From an uncultured virus (IMG/VR IMGVR_UViG_3300017754_000635) (Duplodnaviria > Heunggongvirae > Uroviricota > Caudoviricetes), in IMG/VR virus record IMGVR_UViG_3300017754_000635: a stretch of DNA of 64,000 nt. The stretch is one strand, 5' to 3'. Each line of letters opens with the position of its first letter. Within the stretch, counting starts at the first letter, position 1. Below, in pieces: positions 9,944 through 19,092 of this stretch. A model generated the notes under the pieces. That model saw only the letters and a list, made by a program, of their open reading frames with translations. It did not search any database and was not told where the DNA came from. The translations under genes and the position numbers were made by a program.

Positions 9944-10612
9944 TCAATGTTTTGGGTGATACTCACAAGTGGTAACCGGACACCAAGGGCAGAGTGGTGA
10001 GCGGCTAGGGTTCCATACATCTGCTGCATACACTGCATTAAGCTTTGCTACGCGCTCGCGGTAGTTCCACCAAGCGGGTTCAATATCTTCCAACGACATC
10101 TCGTGCTTGGTCATGGAGTTCTTGACCACAAACAGAAGCGCCGAGTGCACACGCTTGATGTGTGGGAAGTGCGCGAAGACCATCAATGACATAAGCACAA
10201 GCTGGTCTCGATCAGGATACTTGTTGTTGCCGGTTTTGTAGTCAACGATCCATGCGGTCAAGTTATCGTCATCAACAATTACCAAGTCAGCGATGCCACG
10301 CACCCAACGGTTCTCACTATCGAACGCGCAGGGGTTTAACTCTTCAGTCAGCGCCATCTCTAGTTCAGCAAACTTGCGTCCCGGTTTAGCCAGTAGCGAG
10401 TCGAGGGTCGGCTTGACGAACGCGAATTGTGGCGGCAGCTCAGTGCCACTCTTGACGTAATGCTCTGCGGCTTCGTGCAGTTGCTTGCCGTAGCGCGTCT
10501 GCTCGGTGTCTTGCATCGGGTACTTATTAAGTACCTTGACCTCATGGTAGCGACGAGCGCATCCCTCGAAGTCCTTGAGTGCGCTATGTGACCACGTAAC
10601 TTTTTTACTCAT
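9944..10612 (-). CDS. PD-(D/E)XK exonuclease, Cas4/AddB-like with Fe-S Cys ligands
   Basis: GIADL and IVDYKTG; one N-terminal Cys plus C-terminal CPWCPVTTC. Confidence 0.85.
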   Translation of the reverse strand: MSKKVTWSHSALKDFEGCARRYHEVKVLNKYPMQDTEQTRYGKQLHEAAEHYVKSGTELPPQFAFVKPTLDSLLAKPGRKFAELEMALTEELNPCAFDSENRWVRGIADLVIVDDDNLTAWIVDYKTGNNKYPDRDQLVLMSLMVFAHFPHIKRVHSALLFVVKNSMTKHEMSLEDIEPAWWNYRERVAKLNAVYAADVWNPSRSPLCPWCPVTTCEYHPKH

Positions 10613-12579
10613 TGCTTTGCTTCTCCATAGCGGTGCGCTGCGCCGGTCTCAGCGTTCAGTGGGATGCCCGGCATATACTTCGGCTCTTTAACCATCTGCT
10701 CAAACACCCACGGCTCGGCCTCTGAAACCTCAGATTCTGGTACAACAACGACAACTTCATCATGCACTGTCAGGGCACACTGATACCGCTTCTGAATACG
10801 CAGCATCCCATCAGTCATCACGCAGCGAGCCACGGCTTGAACAATGTTCTCCGTGAGTTTCCCACCGTATAGCTTCTTATCGTCGCCATACGTCCACTGC
10901 ATCCGGCCTTGCGCATCAGGCTCACCCTTCAAGTTAGGATAGCGCAGAGACAGGCCGCTTGGCAACTCGATCTCGCCCTTACGGAAGGTGACGCACTTGT
11001 GCTGGAACTCACGCCCGCCATGCAAGGATGTGCCTATCAGATGCTGGCACGTCTCCCAATAGTTCTTAACATCTTCTGAGGTCTCGCGGTACTTGTCGAT
11101 GATCTTCTTGGCGGTGATGCAATGAATGACCAACTCTTGCCACGTACAGGTGTGTGGTATCTGGCGCATCTTCTCCACGTTCACCGGCCAGTCAAGGAAC
11201 TTGTTGATGTACTCGGCTGTCACGCCAAGCTGCTTGGCATCGGACTTGGTATAGCGTAGCGGTGGTGCGCCGAGAAAGCCAGTCAAAAGTTGTGCGGCAA
11301 ACGATGCCCAACCCATGCCGTAACCTGCGCCAAGCAGCGCGGACTTAGCCGACTGCCGTTCGACAGGATGCGTATCTTTGGTCAAGCCGGGGATGTTGAA
11401 CATCTGAGCGCCGAACTGCGAGTAAGCATCTTGGCCTGAGCTAAAGATTTCAAGCAGACTGGTATAGTCAGTCAGCCATGCGAGTACGCGGGGTTCGATT
11501 TGGGAGAGGTCGCAGACCACAAGATCATGGCCTTCGGGAGCGAGAATAGCTTTGCGCAGGAAGGAGCCGCGCTTCATATTCTGCACGTTGATACCGCTGC
11601 CCTTTGATGCAGACCAGCGGCCAGTGTGAGCGCCGTAATAATTCAGAGGTACGGGTAGCCGTCCTCGTTTCGAGATATCGAGGAATCGTTGGGCGCGAGT
11701 ACGTTCGAGCGTGGACTTGACTTTAAGACGAGCCTCACAGAGTAGGGCAACGTCTTCTCGCTCGTGGTTGAGAAGTGCTTGGAAGAGCGCGTCGTTCTTA
11801 GCGAGCGCAAGCGTCTGCTTACCCGTCGTTTTGCTTTTCTTGTATGGCGCGTCGCATCCGAGAGAAACCAATAACTCAGCGAACTTAGGGTTACTCGCCA
11901 ACGTAGCATCGTCCACACCAAGGCGCGACAAAAGTTCTTCACGCTTCTCTTTTTCCTCCAGTATCGCGTCCACAAGCATATTGCTGTCCAGTTCGAGGAC
12001 AGGGTTCGTAAACATCTTGAGCGTAAGGTCGATAAGCTGTAACTCCTTGCGTGGGTAGCCTTCGACCAAGCGTTTGAATATTTCTTCGCATAGAAAGACA
12101 TCGTGCTGACAATAGTCCGCAAGTATCGCTTCGACATTCGGTGGTAGTTCATCGAGAATATTTTCTGACGGGCTAAGACCTTCACCCTTTGGCGGTAGGC
12201 CGAAGTCCTCGGCCATTTTCTTTAGGCTGTTGCCGACTTCAATGCCACGCAAGGCACGACCCATCGACAAAGTATCAAAGATAAACGCAGGATGTACGTT
12301 GTATATCCAAGAGAGGATAGCAACGTCGAACTGTGCGTTCTGTGCAATGACTGCGGTGCGACCCCAGTCAATCGTTTCTGCCCATGCGGGCACATCAACT
12401 CCACGAACCCATACCGCAGGTTCAGGTGAGCCGTAATCCTTCCAGCATAATCCCCACGCCTTGAAGCGTGGATCACGGATGTACTCCTCGGTCGTCTGAC
12501 ACGAGAAGCCGAGCTTTACCCCTCGACCCCAAGAAGTTTCGAAGTCAAGTACGATTACTCGATCATATGGTGCGCTCAA
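10609..12579 (-). CDS. polA: family A DNA polymerase with 3'-5' exonuclease domain
   Basis: ExoI LDFET; HTGRWS; motif A DLSQIEPR; motif B RQSAKSALLGAGYG; motif C VHDE. Confidence 0.95.
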   Translation of the reverse strand: MSAPYDRVIVLDFETSWGRGVKLGFSCQTTEEYIRDPRFKAWGLCWKDYGSPEPAVWVRGVDVPAWAETIDWGRTAVIAQNAQFDVAILSWIYNVHPAFIFDTLSMGRALRGIEVGNSLKKMAEDFGLPPKGEGLSPSENILDELPPNVEAILADYCQHDVFLCEEIFKRLVEGYPRKELQLIDLTLKMFTNPVLELDSNMLVDAILEEKEKREELLSRLGVDDATLASNPKFAELLVSLGCDAPYKKSKTTGKQTLALAKNDALFQALLNHEREDVALLCEARLKVKSTLERTRAQRFLDISKRGRLPVPLNYYGAHTGRWSASKGSGINVQNMKRGSFLRKAILAPEGHDLVVCDLSQIEPRVLAWLTDYTSLLEIFSSGQDAYSQFGAQMFNIPGLTKDTHPVERQSAKSALLGAGYGMGWASFAAQLLTGFLGAPPLRYTKSDAKQLGVTAEYINKFLDWPVNVEKMRQIPHTCTWQELVIHCITAKKIIDKYRETSEDVKNYWETCQHLIGTSLHGGREFQHKCVTFRKGEIELPSGLSLRYPNLKGEPDAQGRMQWTYGDDKKLYGGKLTENIVQAVARCVMTDGMLRIQKRYQCALTVHDEVVVVVPESEVSEAEPWVFEQMVKEPKYMPGIPLNAETGAAHRYGEAKQ

Positions 12580-12842
12580 TTCAGCGTCCTCCGTGGACCG
12601 CCTTCGGCTTCTTGCAGCATCTCGTAGGCGCTTGTCACCATCATCAACAGCGTTGCGAGGCTGGCGTTAAAGGTGTACGTCTGAAGCTTGCCGTCCGCTT
12701 CATCATACGTTAGGAAGACAGCGTGTCTGCTGCCGTCAGGGTCGTTGATTGCTGTGCGGAAAGCGGCCACGGCGTTCTCGATAAAAGCTTCTTTATCTTT
12801 GCCCTCGCTTGCGCTGATAACTTCATCCATTTGCTCGGTCAT
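12576..12842 (-). CDS. hypothetical protein
   Basis: Translationally coupled ORF between VRR-NUC and polymerase. Confidence 0.7.
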   Translation of the reverse strand: MTEQMDEVISASEGKDKEAFIENAVAAFRTAINDPDGSRHAVFLTYDEADGKLQTYTFNASLATLLMMVTSAYEMLQEAEGGPRRTLN

Positions 12843-13123
12843 ATATCAAGTAATTCCTTTTTAAGCTGGTCTACGTTCTCTTCGTTTATCACATACGTCA
12901 GCCCTCCGGCGTGGCGTATCCTGTGCATCTCTGATTCTTGCAGCGGGGTTGGCTTGTTCTTGCCAGCCTTACATTCGATACCAATAAACTGGCTGTTGTA
13001 ACAACAAATCAAATCAGGTATGCCAGAGCGTCCGTACCCACCAGTCTGCGGCGTGAAGTGGTAAATGCCAAGCTCTTTCAGAACACGCACTACCTTCGCT
13101 TTTACTTTACCCTCTGGAGTCAT
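12839..13123 (-). CDS. VRR-NUC domain nuclease (Holliday junction resolvase-like)
   Basis: GIPDL, IECKA and PTPLQ motifs. Confidence 0.85.
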   Translation of the reverse strand: MTPEGKVKAKVVRVLKELGIYHFTPQTGGYGRSGIPDLICCYNSQFIGIECKAGKNKPTPLQESEMHRIRHAGGLTYVINEENVDQLKKELLDI

Positions 13124-13134
13124 TGTTTCCCCCT

Positions 13135-13479
13135 TTATGCGCCTATTATGTTATCCCACGCATCAACGGCGGGGGCGATATGTTGCGTACCGCGAGCCTT
13201 GCGTAAGCGGAACTTGAAGAACTGCTCCAACTCAGGCTCATCCTGTGCCAGCATACGTGCGTACAGCGCGCGGTAGTTATTGTTGAGCTTGAACCCTTCC
13301 TCGTCTTTCGAAGTCAACGACGCTTCGTACCGCAGTGTCTCGTACAGCCCGCCGATTCCGTAATGCTCCACCCCCGCACGACGCATAGCCAAAGCCAACT
13401 CACGCAAGCGTTTGTACACCCACGGATTTGCAGCGTGGAACGTAGCGAAGCTCGCGGCGATACGGTCTTGTTCTTTCAT
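13135..13479 (-). CDS. hypothetical phage protein
   Basis: FHAANPWVY...FKLNNNYRALYAR; GGGAG RBS. Confidence 0.7.
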   Translation of the reverse strand: MKEQDRIAASFATFHAANPWVYKRLRELALAMRRAGVEHYGIGGLYETLRYEASLTSKDEEGFKLNNNYRALYARMLAQDEPELEQFFKFRLRKARGTQHIAPAVDAWDNIIGA

Positions 13480-13480
13480 G

Positions 13481-13804
13481 TCAGCTCCCTATCTGTTGGT
13501 CTGGTGGTAAGGTTGAGTTGTACTCATCCCATACTTCTTCCAGCATCGCCGCTGAAGTCATCAGCATATGTACTAACGCATCATGCTTGTACTCATCCAA
13601 CCCCTCGGCGTAGCCGCGCATCCGGTGCGCCATCGTGTAGTACTGTAATTTCCGTGCGTTTATCATTTGTTTTCCTATGTGGTTGGGGTTATCGAGTGCT
13701 AACCTGCCGCAGTGCGAACATTGCCATGCCTGTTGTCGCTTGCTGCCGATGTATTGCCATGAGTGGTTGCAGCCTTTCTGGTATTGGTTATGGTCTCCGC
13801 TCAT
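13481..13804 (-). CDS. hypothetical protein (Zn-ribbon-like N-terminus)
   Basis: CNHSW...CSHC; coupled ORF. Confidence 0.5.
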   Translation of the reverse strand: MSGDHNQYQKGCNHSWQYIGSKRQQAWQCSHCGRLALDNPNHIGKQMINARKLQYYTMAHRMRGYAEGLDEYKHDALVHMLMTSAAMLEEVWDEYNSTLPPDQQIGS

Positions 13805-14034
13805 GCGTTCCCCACTTTTATTAAGTCAATATACTCCCCATCTGCATGAACAAACCTTACACCTATCAGTTTGTTTTCCTTGTCGTAAGCGCAGCAAAAC
13901 ATATTGCCATCACACCACGGCGCTTTCGGTTGTAGGCCAACGCTAGTCATATGCTCTGGTACAAAGTAGTGCATCACCGATTTAACTTGTGGGTGCAGAA
14001 TCTTCTGGTAGTCGTATAGTTTGATGTCAGGCAT
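13801..14034 (-). CDS. hypothetical protein
   Basis: Coupled ORF in the early cluster. Confidence 0.55.
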   Translation of the reverse strand: MPDIKLYDYQKILHPQVKSVMHYFVPEHMTSVGLQPKAPWCDGNMFCCAYDKENKLIGVRFVHADGEYIDLIKVGNA

Positions 14035-14410
14035 TTTTCTCTTTCAGCTTGGCTTCGATGGTTCGCATAAGTTCCCACGCTTCATGATTCAATAACGCTT
14101 CGCACGGGTCTGCCTCAACCAGACAATCATTACGCTCCTCATCCGTCAGCCCCACCCACGTATCGCCACCTTCCCACGGCAATGGGTGACCGGATAACTC
14201 ATATGCTTTGTGCCGCCAATTCTTGGCGCTCTCTTTGTATCGTTCGCAGTTTGGGCATTTGCGCTTTTCCTTCATAGCTGCTTGCCATCCTTCCCATGCC
14301 CAGTACGCAGGGGTGCCTTGTGTGTAGGGGTTATCTTTAAGTAGTCCATCTGAATCCCACCACTTGTTAAAATCTTCAGTCATAATTTGTGCCCTCTCAG
14401 TTGTCTGCAC
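14027..14410 (-). CDS. hypothetical protein
   Basis: C-terminal WVGLTDEE...IEAKLKEKN module; the true start may be the internal MTEDF. Confidence 0.6.
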   Translation of the reverse strand: MQTTERAQIMTEDFNKWWDSDGLLKDNPYTQGTPAYWAWEGWQAAMKEKRKCPNCERYKESAKNWRHKAYELSGHPLPWEGGDTWVGLTDEERNDCLVEADPCEALLNHEAWELMRTIEAKLKEKNA

Positions 14411-14562
14411 TGCTCCCTGTGCTTGCTATCAAAGTCAGGGCTTATCTCGGCTACTCCGCAAGGTAGCTTCGGCTCCATTGAAGTAACCTTGCTGCCGTAA
14501 TACAAACTGAATAGCGCAACCGCTATGTAAAACGCAACGGCTACGATCTCAGGCGGTTTCAT
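14380..14562 (-). CDS. small membrane-anchored protein
   Basis: N-terminal hydrophobic helix; CGVAEISPDF. Confidence 0.55.
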   Translation of the reverse strand: MKPPEIVAVAFYIAVALFSLYYGSKVTSMEPKLPCGVAEISPDFDSKHREQCRQLRGHKL

Positions 14563-14720
14563 ACAAGAGCTTCCCCATGTGTCTCAGGTGTGGGCTTTGC
14601 TTCTTTGTGCTTGGCTTTGGTCACCAGCTTCCATCCGTTTTGCACAAAGCGTTCAGCTTCTTCCCTGTACCAGAACTTGCGAAACAGTTTGCCGTCCTCG
14701 TCATAAACTTCGAATCTCAT
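14559..14720 (-). CDS. small hypothetical protein (53 aa, not in ORF track)
   Basis: Manual translation MRFEVYDEDGKLFRKFWYREEAERFVQNGWKLVTK...; ATGA-coupled on both sides. Confidence 0.6.
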   Translation of the reverse strand: MRFEVYDEDGKLFRKFWYREEAERFVQNGWKLVTKAKHKEAKPTPETHGEALV

Positions 14721-14935
14721 ACGTTCCCCTTTCCTTTTATCAAGTCAATCATTTCGGAGTAAGCAGCCTTGCTATGCTCGTGCGTCTTGGCTGTCACCAT
14801 CTCGTGCGCTACTTTGAACAGATCAGAGTATTTACGCAACGCTGCGGCTGCTTGGTTGTCCATCTCACCGCGCGCGTTATCGTCAAGGTAATCTGCAAGT
14901 TGTCTCAGTGTCGGCTTGTTCATACCCCTCCTCAA
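14717..14935 (-). CDS. hypothetical protein
   Basis: Coupled ORF; GAGGAGG RBS before the internal MNKP. Confidence 0.55.
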   Translation of the reverse strand: MRRGMNKPTLRQLADYLDDNARGEMDNQAAAALRKYSDLFKVAHEMVTAKTHEHSKAAYSEMIDLIKGKGNV

Positions 14936-15117
14936 ACGCGAAGCATGAACCCAAGCACACGCGAGAACAGCGAGAACTTCGGGTCACGGTATCCAAGCAG
15001 TACACTTTGAGCAAAGCGTTCTTCTGGCGTGTACTGTTCTTCCTTGAACTTCGGTACGTAAAACTGCCCTATCTTGGGCGGGTCTTCCTTGATGAATTGT
15101 CCATCACGTAACATCAA
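14932..15117 (-). CDS. hypothetical protein
   Basis: Coupled ORF. Confidence 0.55.
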   Translation of the reverse strand: MMLRDGQFIKEDPPKIGQFYVPKFKEEQYTPEERFAQSVLLGYRDPKFSLFSRVLGFMLRV

Positions 15118-15419
15118 TAGTCCTCCTCGTCTTCGATGTAGTAGTTTGAAACGCGAAGGCTGCGGTCTTCGTTTAACCGTCGAGCCGCAACCTTGCGCTG
15201 CTTTATTTGACTAGCTTCACTCCGTGTGTAAATGTCTTTCTCCTCTGGTAGAGGAGGCAATGCGGACTGGAGTCGAATTTTTCTGTATTTTGGCTCGACC
15301 CAACTCTCCAGAGTCTGCGAACGAATCCCGCAAGCCGGACACTTGCGCCTACGGAAAACCCCCGCATCACTCTTTACGGTTGACGTTACATTGGTGTCAC
15401 TACCGCATGGGCATTTCAT
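15114..15419 (-). CDS. NrdR-like Zn-ribbon protein
   Basis: MKCPCG...RRRKCPACGIRSQTLE resembles the NrdR N-terminal ribbon; no ATP cone. Confidence 0.65.
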   Translation of the reverse strand: MKCPCGSDTNVTSTVKSDAGVFRRRKCPACGIRSQTLESWVEPKYRKIRLQSALPPLPEEKDIYTRSEASQIKQRKVAARRLNEDRSLRVSNYYIEDEEDY

Positions 15420-15436
15420 TTACACAAACTCCTTAG

Positions 15437-15976
15437 TTAGTCATCAGTGGCTTCGCTATCGACACGGAGGCCGGTCTCGCCGCCCCGCAAGCTTGGAAGC
15501 AACCCGCGGATACCCGCCGTAGGCAGTCGCCACAACTCGACGAACTGCTTGTCACGGGAGACCACGCAGGTGTACGTGCCCTTACCCCACCGGCTCGTAG
15601 CCCTTGCCGCTACGCTGGACTGCAACCGCGCTGCTTCAAAGCCGCCGACAGGAATCTGAACCAGATCATCCGGCTCCATGTTCTCCATGTACGGCAGGTA
15701 GTGGGTTGATAGCGAACCCCAAGGCGTGGCAGAGTCGCTACGCTTGGCGCGTGTGGGCGCTGCTTCTTCTGCTTGCAGTGCGACCGTCCCCAGATCGATC
15801 TTGTGCTCGTCACTGTGGATCAGATAGTCGATGCCGAACCGCTTGTGCAGCAGGTCAAGGGTGAAGGCGCACTGCTCAAGCATACGCTCAAACGTCTCGG
15901 GCAGTGTCGTCTCTTTGCGGAGGGCGCGAATCTCCTTGGGTACTTTGCGCAGGTCTACTTTAGGCAGTTTAGCCAT
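15437..15976 (-). CDS. hypothetical protein (possible DNA-binding)
   Basis: 179 aa, AAGGA RBS, putative promoter upstream. Confidence 0.6.
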   Translation of the reverse strand: MAKLPKVDLRKVPKEIRALRKETTLPETFERMLEQCAFTLDLLHKRFGIDYLIHSDEHKIDLGTVALQAEEAAPTRAKRSDSATPWGSLSTHYLPYMENMEPDDLVQIPVGGFEAARLQSSVAARATSRWGKGTYTCVVSRDKQFVELWRLPTAGIRGLLPSLRGGETGLRVDSEATDD

Positions 15977-16009
15977 GGTTGGATTTCCTTAAAAGTAAAG
16001 GTGGAATGG

Positions 16010-16040
16010 ATGATACAACAGATGTAGCACTTTGTGTCAA
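16010..16040 (-). promoter_or_regulatory. possible sigma70-type promoter
   Basis: TTGACA (16040-16035), 19-nt spacer, TATCAT (16015-16010); spacing is suboptimal. Confidence 0.35.
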
Positions 16041-16687
16041 GCGTTGGACAGCAGATTTATTAAATCTTGGCACAAGTCGTGAACCCGCTGCCGTAGGGCA
16101 GCGTCTTTCCTTACTGCTTTGGGGTCGTAACCGGCTATGGTGTCAACCCCATCGAGCACCGGATACAGGCTGGTGCTCTGGAATAAGCCATCGTTGAACG
16201 CCCGGTACAGCACGTTCTCAGATGACAGGTTAGAAAAAAGAGTATCGTGAAACCGGCGGGGAATAGCCTCCCCACCCCCGTACTCCACCCTCATACGGTC
16301 AGACACATGGTCAAGCGCGTTGGTCATGCGAAGCCGCAAGGCATCCTCGGCTATGTCTTCCCGCTCCTGTAAGTCGCCTTGCAGGACAGCATTGAGCGCG
16401 GGGTCAGCCACCCTACCCACTATCGGGTAGGGCAGCAGCGAGTGGGACATGGATGCCCCGCCCATGCCAAGCAGCATTTGGAACTCGTGCTCGTAGCCCA
16501 TGAGCGTTACGTGTACCTCCTCCCAATACGCTTCCGGTAGGACGCGCAGGGAGTCGGTTCCGAAGGGCAGGGTTTTGTTCCACACCTCGGTACGTGCAGC
16601 GGTTGCCACGCGTGTGAGTTCTCGCGTGAGTTCCTTGGCGTTAACTGAGTTACGGCTGTAACTGACTTTCAACTCAATCAGTAGCAT
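16037..16687 (-). CDS. hypothetical protein
   Basis: 216-aa ORF in the early cluster. Confidence 0.6.
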   Translation of the reverse strand: MLLIELKVSYSRNSVNAKELTRELTRVATAARTEVWNKTLPFGTDSLRVLPEAYWEEVHVTLMGYEHEFQMLLGMGGASMSHSLLPYPIVGRVADPALNAVLQGDLQEREDIAEDALRLRMTNALDHVSDRMRVEYGGGEAIPRRFHDTLFSNLSSENVLYRAFNDGLFQSTSLYPVLDGVDTIAGYDPKAVRKDAALRQRVHDLCQDLINLLSNA

Positions 16688-16928
16688 CGCGCCCCCTTAT
16701 CCGGTCAGCCGCGTGATGGATTGCCGCCAACGCATTAGCCAGTTGCTCAGGGTTTGGTTCTCCTGCGCCGCTCAGTATCTGGTCAGCATGGAGTACGCAG
16801 CGCGTAACTTCCCCCGATACAATCAGGGCGCGTATCAAGTCATTCAACTGGTGCTCAAGCTGCATCACCATGTCGATCAACTCATCCTTACTTAGTTGTT
16901 GATGATCCATCATCGTCTCCTGTTGCAT
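16674..16928 (-). CDS. hypothetical protein
   Basis: Coupled ORF. Confidence 0.5.
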   Translation of the reverse strand: MQQETMMDHQQLSKDELIDMVMQLEHQLNDLIRALIVSGEVTRCVLHADQILSGAGEPNPEQLANALAAIHHAADRIRGRDATD

Positions 16929-17106
16929 CTACGCGGAACCGTATGGTGTCCACTTGAAAGTCATCGAACTCACGTTGTGAGATCGCCCCAGTGCCAGCCG
17001 CTATCGCATCCTCAACGCTGTCGCAGTACACATCCAGCGTCTTGGCAAAGTCAGCACGGCCTACCAACTTGACGGTGTATTTTTTCTTGCTCATGTATTT
17101 CTCCAA
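16888..17106 (-). CDS. hypothetical protein
   Basis: TTGGAG RBS before MSKKKY. Confidence 0.55.
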   Translation of the reverse strand: MEKYMSKKKYTVKLVGRADFAKTLDVYCDSVEDAIAAGTGAISQREFDDFQVDTIRFRVDATGDDDGSSTTK

Positions 17107-17220
17107 TTAAAAAAGCCACAGAAAAAGCGCAGCCAACGCTGCGCCCAGAATCAAACACAAGGCCATTGCGCCAAGCGCAAAGACGAATTCCCTGAACAAA
17201 TCATCGTCATCATTGTCCAT
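17107..17220 (-). CDS. 37-aa single-TM peptide (not in ORF track)
   Basis: MDNDDDDLFREFVFALGAMALCLILGAALAALFLWLF. Confidence 0.5.
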   Translation of the reverse strand: MDNDDDDLFREFVFALGAMALCLILGAALAALFLWLF

Positions 17221-17437
17221 AAGACCCCCGCACCGAGGGGGGAAGAGTGACACCCGTCAGCTCTGGCAGACAGGCCGAGACAAACTTCTCCTTGTTAAAC
17301 TTGGGGTTGTTGAGCGCAAGCTCGTGCGCTGTCCTAAACACCACACCACGCACAATCTTCTTGTGTGTAGGCGTAGCCTCGTCTACCTGCTCTTTCAGTA
17401 TGCGAGCGATCAGCTCGTAGTCTTTCTTGGCTAACAT
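17210..17437 (-). CDS. hypothetical protein
   Basis: MLAKKDYELIA...NPKFNKEKFVSAC; GAAAGGA RBS. Confidence 0.65.
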   Translation of the reverse strand: MLAKKDYELIARILKEQVDEATPTHKKIVRGVVFRTAHELALNNPKFNKEKFVSACLPELTGVTLPPSVRGSYGQ

Positions 17438-17439
17438 GA

Positions 17440-17703
17440 TTAGTATCCTTTCGCTTTGTTGATTGCTTCCATGGCTGTGTTGATTGCATCGCTCGTTTGC
17501 ATACCGAACACGATGTCCTCCACACACTTTCCGAGTATGACCTCAAGGCTTTCGAACTCGTGCATGGCGTTGGACAAGATGTACCCGGTGGTGTACAGCA
17601 GCGAGGGCACAGCGAGTTGCGGTTGAATATCCCCATCAGGATCGCGCAGGGCTTTCATGATGCGGTGCATGATGGCTTGCATTTGTGCTTGATCGTCACT
17701 CAT
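17440..17703 (-). CDS. hypothetical protein
   Basis: GAAAGGA RBS. Confidence 0.6.
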   Translation of the reverse strand: MSDDQAQMQAIMHRIMKALRDPDGDIQPQLAVPSLLYTTGYILSNAMHEFESLEVILGKCVEDIVFGMQTSDAINTAMEAINKAKGY

Positions 17704-18005
17704 TTGGTTGTATCCTTTCTCTCGATTGAAAGTGCTACCTCGATTGCATTAACAACGGCTTCCTTGAACTCAGTTACAAGCGTAACTAAGTCAACCGCAG
17801 TCCACTCTGCATAGGGCGCAAGCGGAACCATCTCTGCGTTGGGTGAGCCGTCAACCTTCACCGCATACTCAAGCGAAGTCTCGGCGCAGTTGTCGAGGAA
17901 CCGCAAGGGGTCAACCGGCCACCCCTCCTCGTCAATGTTGTCGAACACTTGCGACAGTGCTGCATACGCAGCGATCTCATCGATCTTGTATGAACTGATA
18001 GCCAT
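17700..18005 (-). CDS. hypothetical acidic protein
   Basis: AAGGAG RBS. Confidence 0.6.
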   Translation of the reverse strand: MAISSYKIDEIAAYAALSQVFDNIDEEGWPVDPLRFLDNCAETSLEYAVKVDGSPNAEMVPLAPYAEWTAVDLVTLVTEFKEAVVNAIEVALSIERKDTTK

Positions 18006-18016
18006 GTGTCATCTCC

Positions 18017-19063
18017 TTATTGGACATCGTTAGCGTTGATAGAGCCGTCATCGAACAGAGTGCTGATGAGCGATGCTGCCTCGTCTGGGTCACTGTTAAC
18101 AAGCTCTGCCATCTCGCCTTGGTAGTGCTCGCCATACCACTCGATCAACAGATACTCTGCTTTCTGTGGCGCATCAATGATCCAGTCAATCAGCTTGGGC
18201 GCACCACGGCGATAGCAGTTGTACGCAGCGCGCAATACCTTGCGGTAGTTCTGCTTGGTCTTGGGGCGCACCTCGAAGCCGTCATAGTCGTAGTCACCTA
18301 GCGCAGCACCGCCAGTGTCGATGTCGCTGTGCTTGTCCCATGCGTACAGGTCTTTGGAGCTGCTCCTGGTGCTAGTCGTAAAGGTCACGCCCTTGCTGCC
18401 GGTCGTGGTTGTCTTGGAGTACGAGCGCAAGTCTTCATCCCAGTAGTCACCCATGCTGCCGTAACTGTTGTAGTTGTAGCCCTTGCGGTTGTACGAGAAG
18501 CCATGACCATACTTGGATGCAGACCATGCGTAGGTGTTGGACAGCCATGCACCCTCGTGCTTAACACCAGCAGCCTCGTTGATGATGACGCTCTCGCCAC
18601 TGCTGTGCATGAACGCGAACTTGTTAGACCCGCCGATCATGTCAGCGATGTAGTCTTGGAAGTCAACGTCGAAGAGCAGATCAGGATTGCCAGTCAACGC
18701 AGGGCGCAGGATGAACTCGATGAAGTGCCAAGTGTCAGACTTGCGTGGGTCGATTGGGTTACCCATAGACAGGATGCCGTTGTGCGCCATCCACACATCG
18801 TCAGTGACACGATACGGATGGCAGTTGTCCATGTCGATGTCGCCGTGGGTTTTCATGCGGTAGTGAATGATGCACTCACGCCCCTTCAGGGTCTCGTGAT
18901 AGATAGCTTTGATCTCGTCAGGCTTGCCGAGCGTCTTGATGACAACAAGCTTGCCGTTCTCGGAGTAGACAGCGCCGAAGCCGTCAGGGTTGTGTTGATA
19001 GAAGTCGAGCAGCAGCTCGTCGGAGAATACGGTATTGGCTGGGTGTTTGATGAGAATACACAT
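18017..19063 (-). CDS. class II (Ntn) glutamine amidotransferase
   Basis: N-terminal Met-Cys nucleophile; NPDGFG, HYRMKTHG, NCHPY, HNG and SDT motifs. Confidence 0.9.
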   Translation of the reverse strand: MCILIKHPANTVFSDELLLDFYQHNPDGFGAVYSENGKLVVIKTLGKPDEIKAIYHETLKGRECIIHYRMKTHGDIDMDNCHPYRVTDDVWMAHNGILSMGNPIDPRKSDTWHFIEFILRPALTGNPDLLFDVDFQDYIADMIGGSNKFAFMHSSGESVIINEAAGVKHEGAWLSNTYAWSASKYGHGFSYNRKGYNYNSYGSMGDYWDEDLRSYSKTTTTGSKGVTFTTSTRSSSKDLYAWDKHSDIDTGGAALGDYDYDGFEVRPKTKQNYRKVLRAAYNCYRRGAPKLIDWIIDAPQKAEYLLIEWYGEHYQGEMAELVNSDPDEAASLISTLFDDGSINANDVQ

Positions 19064-19092
19064 GGTTAGTTTCCTTTCGTGGTTGTGGTTGG

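Noticed and set aside
17247..17260. matS or parS host chromosome sites
   Set aside because: The spacer length (4-5 nt) does not fit the 3-nt matS consensus, and there is no parS consensus.
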